From: an uncultured Ignavibacteria bacterium
GTDB lineage: Bacteria; Bacteroidota; Ignavibacteria; Ignavibacteriales; Ignavibacteriaceae
Assembly (NCBI GenBank): GCA_937996765.1
Contig: CALKUG010000006.1
Coordinates: 1-42,193, forward strand
Length of the DNA: 42,193 nucleotides
Direction of reading: 5' to 3'
Below are positions 39,608-42,193 of the stretch, one piece after another; the stretch's first letter is position 1; each line of letters begins with the position of its first letter. The notes below the pieces were generated by a model that saw only the letters and a list, made by a program, of their open reading frames with translations, made no database searches and was not told the origin of the DNA. The translations under genes were made by a program, and so were the position numbers.

Positions 39608-39649
39608 TATATTTTTACTCCTGTAAAACTTCTATTTCTAAACTATTTG

Positions 39650-40171
39650 TTATGCTGTCTCTTTTTTAGAGATCTGGTCAATTACGCTTACTAAGTCTCT
39701 CATCACTGCATTCACAGCGCCAACGATTCCGGATGCCGGAGCGTTTAAGCTGCCAAGAATACTTGCGATGATCTCTGACTTCGTAGGCAACGAGGCCAAT
39801 TCCTTCAACTTCGAGCCATCGTAGAACGCGGTGTCTATATAGCACGCTTTTAAAGCGAATTTTTGAGTGTCGTCGTTAAATTTTTTCATTATTTTAGCCG
39901 GCGCTACTACATTATCCGAAGCAAACGCGAACCCGGTCATTCCTACCAAGTACTCGCCTAATTGCGGATATTTGCCGGTTTCATCAAGTGCGCGTTTCAT
40001 TAAAGTGTTTTTGATAACCTTGTAGGTTACTCCTTCTTTACGAAACTCGTTACGCAAATTATTAATTTGCTCAACGGTTACACCTTTGTAGTCGGCTACA
40101 TAGAGTGCTGAACTATTATTTAACAACTCCACAACCTCTGACACAATCTCAACTTTTTCTTCTTTTTTCAT
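39650..40171 (-). CDS. rplJ: 50S ribosomal protein L10
   Basis: 173 aa, GVTVEQINNLRNEFRKEGVTYKVIKNTL. Precedes rplL. Confidence 0.96.
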   Translation of the reverse strand: MKKEEKVEIVSEVVELLNNSSALYVADYKGVTVEQINNLRNEFRKEGVTYKVIKNTLMKRALDETGKYPQLGEYLVGMTGFAFASDNVVAPAKIMKKFNDDTQKFALKACYIDTAFYDGSKLKELASLPTKSEIIASILGSLNAPASGIVGAVNAVMRDLVSVIDQISKKETA

Positions 40172-40234
40172 TGTTTTCCTATGTCAGTTCTGTGTTATTG
40201 TTATTGGATTAGAAGCGTTTGTGCGTAATAAAAT

Positions 40235-40927
40235 TTATGCGCCTACTTCGTCTTTGCTTATCTGTAATCCGGGTCCCATGGTGCTGGTTAAAAACAAGCT
40301 TTTAACATAGGTACCTTTTGCCGAAGAAGGCTTTAACTTAACAATTGTTGAAAGGAATGCGCGAGCATTTTCAGCTAATTGTTTTGTTTCAAAACTTAAT
40401 TTTCCTAACGAAGTGTGTACGATACCGGTCTTGTCAACGCGGAATTCAATTTTTCCTGCTTTAACTTCGCGTACTGCATTTGCAACATCAGGGGTTACGG
40501 TTCCACTTTTTGGGTTAGGCATTAAACCTTTAGGACCCAAAATTTTACCTAATTTACCTAACTGAGCCATTGCATCGGGGCTTGCGATAATTACATCTAC
40601 TTCAGCCCATCCTTCTTGGATTTTCTGAAGATAATCATCAAAACCTGCATGGTCAGCACCTGCATCCAAAGCTTCTTGAATACGAGGACCTTGGGTTACT
40701 ACAAGCACACGAACTGATTTACCGGTTCCATGTGGGAGGGTTACGGTTCCGCGAATCATTTGATCTGCATGACGTGGATCTACACCTAAGCGGATATCAC
40801 AATCAAGAGACTCAACGAATTTTACTTTAGTATTTTCCTTCAAAAAAGCTATTGCTTCTTCGAGAGAGAATACCTTATCCTTCGGCAGTTTTGCGGAAAC
40901 TGCCTTCTGGCGTTTGGTCTGTTTCAT
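40235..40927 (-). CDS. rplA: 50S ribosomal protein L1
   Basis: [33 protein letters not shown]. Confidence 0.98.
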   Translation of the reverse strand: MKQTKRQKAVSAKLPKDKVFSLEEAIAFLKENTKVKFVESLDCDIRLGVDPRHADQMIRGTVTLPHGTGKSVRVLVVTQGPRIQEALDAGADHAGFDDYLQKIQEGWAEVDVIIASPDAMAQLGKLGKILGPKGLMPNPKSGTVTPDVANAVREVKAGKIEFRVDKTGIVHTSLGKLSFETKQLAENARAFLSTIVKLKPSSAKGTYVKSLFLTSTMGPGLQISKDEVGA

Positions 40928-40939
40928 TATTTACCTTTA

Positions 40940-41362
40940 TTATTCTACAGTTATGCCCATACTGCGCGCTGTACCCTTAACCATGCTAATAGCAGAGTTT
41001 AGGTCTGTAGTGTTGAGGTCAGGCATTTTTAATTTTGCTATTTCCTCAACTTGCGCGCTGGTTACCTTGCCAACTTTAGTTCTGTTGGGTTCAGCCGATC
41101 CTTTAGGCAATTTAGCTGCCTTAATAAGGAGTACGGGCGCCGGCGGCGTTTTAGTTATAAACGTGAATGACTTATCTGAGTAAACAGTTATTACTACCGG
41201 AGTAATCATGCCATCTTTGTCGGCAGTTCTTGCATTAAACTGCTTACAGAATTCCATGATGTTAACACCTTTTTGACCTAATGCAGGTCCTACCGGTGGT
41301 GAAGGGTTTGCTTTTCCGCCTGGAATCTGTAATTTAATATATCCGGTGATTTTCTTAGCCAT
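40940..41362 (-). CDS. rplK: 50S ribosomal protein L11
   Basis: [35 protein letters not shown]. Confidence 0.98.
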   Translation of the reverse strand: MAKKITGYIKLQIPGGKANPSPPVGPALGQKGVNIMEFCKQFNARTADKDGMITPVVITVYSDKSFTFITKTPPAPVLLIKAAKLPKGSAEPNRTKVGKVTSAQVEEIAKLKMPDLNTTDLNSAISMVKGTARSMGITVE

Positions 41363-41389
41363 AACTATTACCTGTAAATTTTATCTTTT

Positions 41390-41926
41390 TTAATTCTCTA
41401 ATTCTGCCTGAACAAAATCAATTTCAACGGGTGTTTTTCTACCGAAGATAGAAACAAGAACTTTGATTTTCATTTTGTCTTCGTTTACTTCTTCAACTAC
41501 ACCATTAAAATTGTTAAATGGACCATCAATAATTTTAACTGTATCTCCTGCACGGAAGATAGTTTCCATACGCTCGCCTGTTTCATCCTGCTTAATTCTG
41601 CCGATAATACGTTTAACTTCATCGGGTTGTAACGGATTTGGGTTGTTTCTTGGTCCAAGAAATCCCATTACAGAGGGGGTATTTTGTACAAAATCTTTAA
41701 CGTAAGCGTCTAAATCTGCCTGAATTAAAATGTATCCGGGGAAGAAGTTTCGGGTTTTGGTTCTTTTTTTACCATCCTTAACTTCAAAAACTTTTTCCAT
41801 AGGCACCAAAACTTCGGTAACTTTGGCTTGTAAAGCTTCGCTCTCTTTAAGCCCTTGCTCTATAAAGCCTTTAACTTTGTTTTCGTGTCCTGAAAATGTT
41901 TTAACTACATACCATCTTTGTTCCAT
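41390..41926 (-). CDS. nusG: Transcription termination/antitermination factor NusG
   Basis: WYVVKTFSGHENKVK, FPGYILIQ, KOW GDTVKIIDGPFNNFNGVVEEV. Confidence 0.97.
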   Translation of the reverse strand: MEQRWYVVKTFSGHENKVKGFIEQGLKESEALQAKVTEVLVPMEKVFEVKDGKKRTKTRNFFPGYILIQADLDAYVKDFVQNTPSVMGFLGPRNNPNPLQPDEVKRIIGRIKQDETGERMETIFRAGDTVKIIDGPFNNFNGVVEEVNEDKMKIKVLVSIFGRKTPVEIDFVQAELEN

Positions 41927-41935
41927 TAGTTATCC

Positions 41936-42118
41936 TTAGAACACAGACTTAAATGCGAAAGAAATGGCAACATCAAGCCCCCATGAAACTACAGCAATCA
42001 CTAACGATGCTACAATTACCACGGTGGTGGATTCCTTTAACTCTTCTTTGCTCGGCCAGGTAACCTTTTTCATTTCCTTGGCAACATCATTGAAGAAGTC
42101 TATTATTTTTTGCTTCAT
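41936..42118 (-). CDS. secE: Preprotein translocase subunit SecE (single-TM form)
   Basis: 60 aa, EMKKVTWPSKEELKESTTVVIVASLVIA. Lies immediately upstream of nusG. Confidence 0.93.
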   Translation of the reverse strand: MKQKIIDFFNDVAKEMKKVTWPSKEELKESTTVVIVASLVIAVVSWGLDVAISFAFKSVF

Positions 42119-42140
42119 ATCAGATATATCCTTAAAAGTG

Positions 42141-42193
42141 CACGGCAGGAGGGACTCGAACCCCCAACCTGCGGTTTTGGAGACCGCTGCTCT
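42141..42193 (-). tRNA. tRNA-Trp (anticodon CCA), 5' part cut by the window edge
   Basis: Reverse complement gives anticodon arm GCGGT-CTCCAAA-ACCGC, T arm GGGGG-TTCGAGT-CCCTC, acceptor 3' strand CTGCCGT + G. This is the classical position upstream of secE-nusG. Confidence 0.85.

Noticed and set aside
1-42193. CRISPR arrays, IS elements, integrases, phage or defence genes
   Set aside because: None were detected by eye. There are no spaced direct-repeat arrays and no transposase or recombinase-like ORFs. All large ORFs are accounted for.

Overview
AT-rich bacterial chromosome segment. From about 11.6 kb to the end, everything lies on the minus strand. It forms one contiguous translation and transcription megacluster: tRNA-Trp(partial)-secE-nusG-rplKAJL-rpoBC-rpsL-rpsG-fusA-tuf-S10 operon-spc operon-alpha operon (rplQ last). 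There is no adk between secY and map, and rpmJ (37 aa) is missing from the ORF track. The first 11.5 kb is accessory or housekeeping. It starts with a plus-strand two-component pair: a beta-propeller/Y_Y_Y sensor kinase truncated at nt 1, and a NarL/LuxR response regulator. A tightly packed minus-strand gene train converges on it: engB, a membrane GAF-GAF-degenerate-GGDEF protein, deoB, an 82-aa ORF, a PIN-like ORF, two tandem EutN/CcmL microcompartment-vertex genes, a short FCB-type primary sigma factor, an NlpC/P60 lipoprotein and a split YeeE/YedE pair. The short sigma-A ([22 protein letters not shown]), the propeller kinase, visible GGAG Shine-Dalgarno sites and TTGACA-type promoters suggest an FCB-group organism such as Ignavibacteriae; this is inference only. 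Main leads: (1) orphan EutN pair with no shell hexamer or signature enzyme in 42 kb, co-operonic with deoB and a VapBC-like pair; (2) a tRNA-Gln(UUG) between rplR and rpsE inside the spc operon; (3) a structured about 170-nt RNA candidate between crossed convergent terminators; (4) a duplicated promoter module with an identical 20-bp inverted repeat upstream of rpsL. No CRISPR array, transposase, integrase or phage gene was seen.
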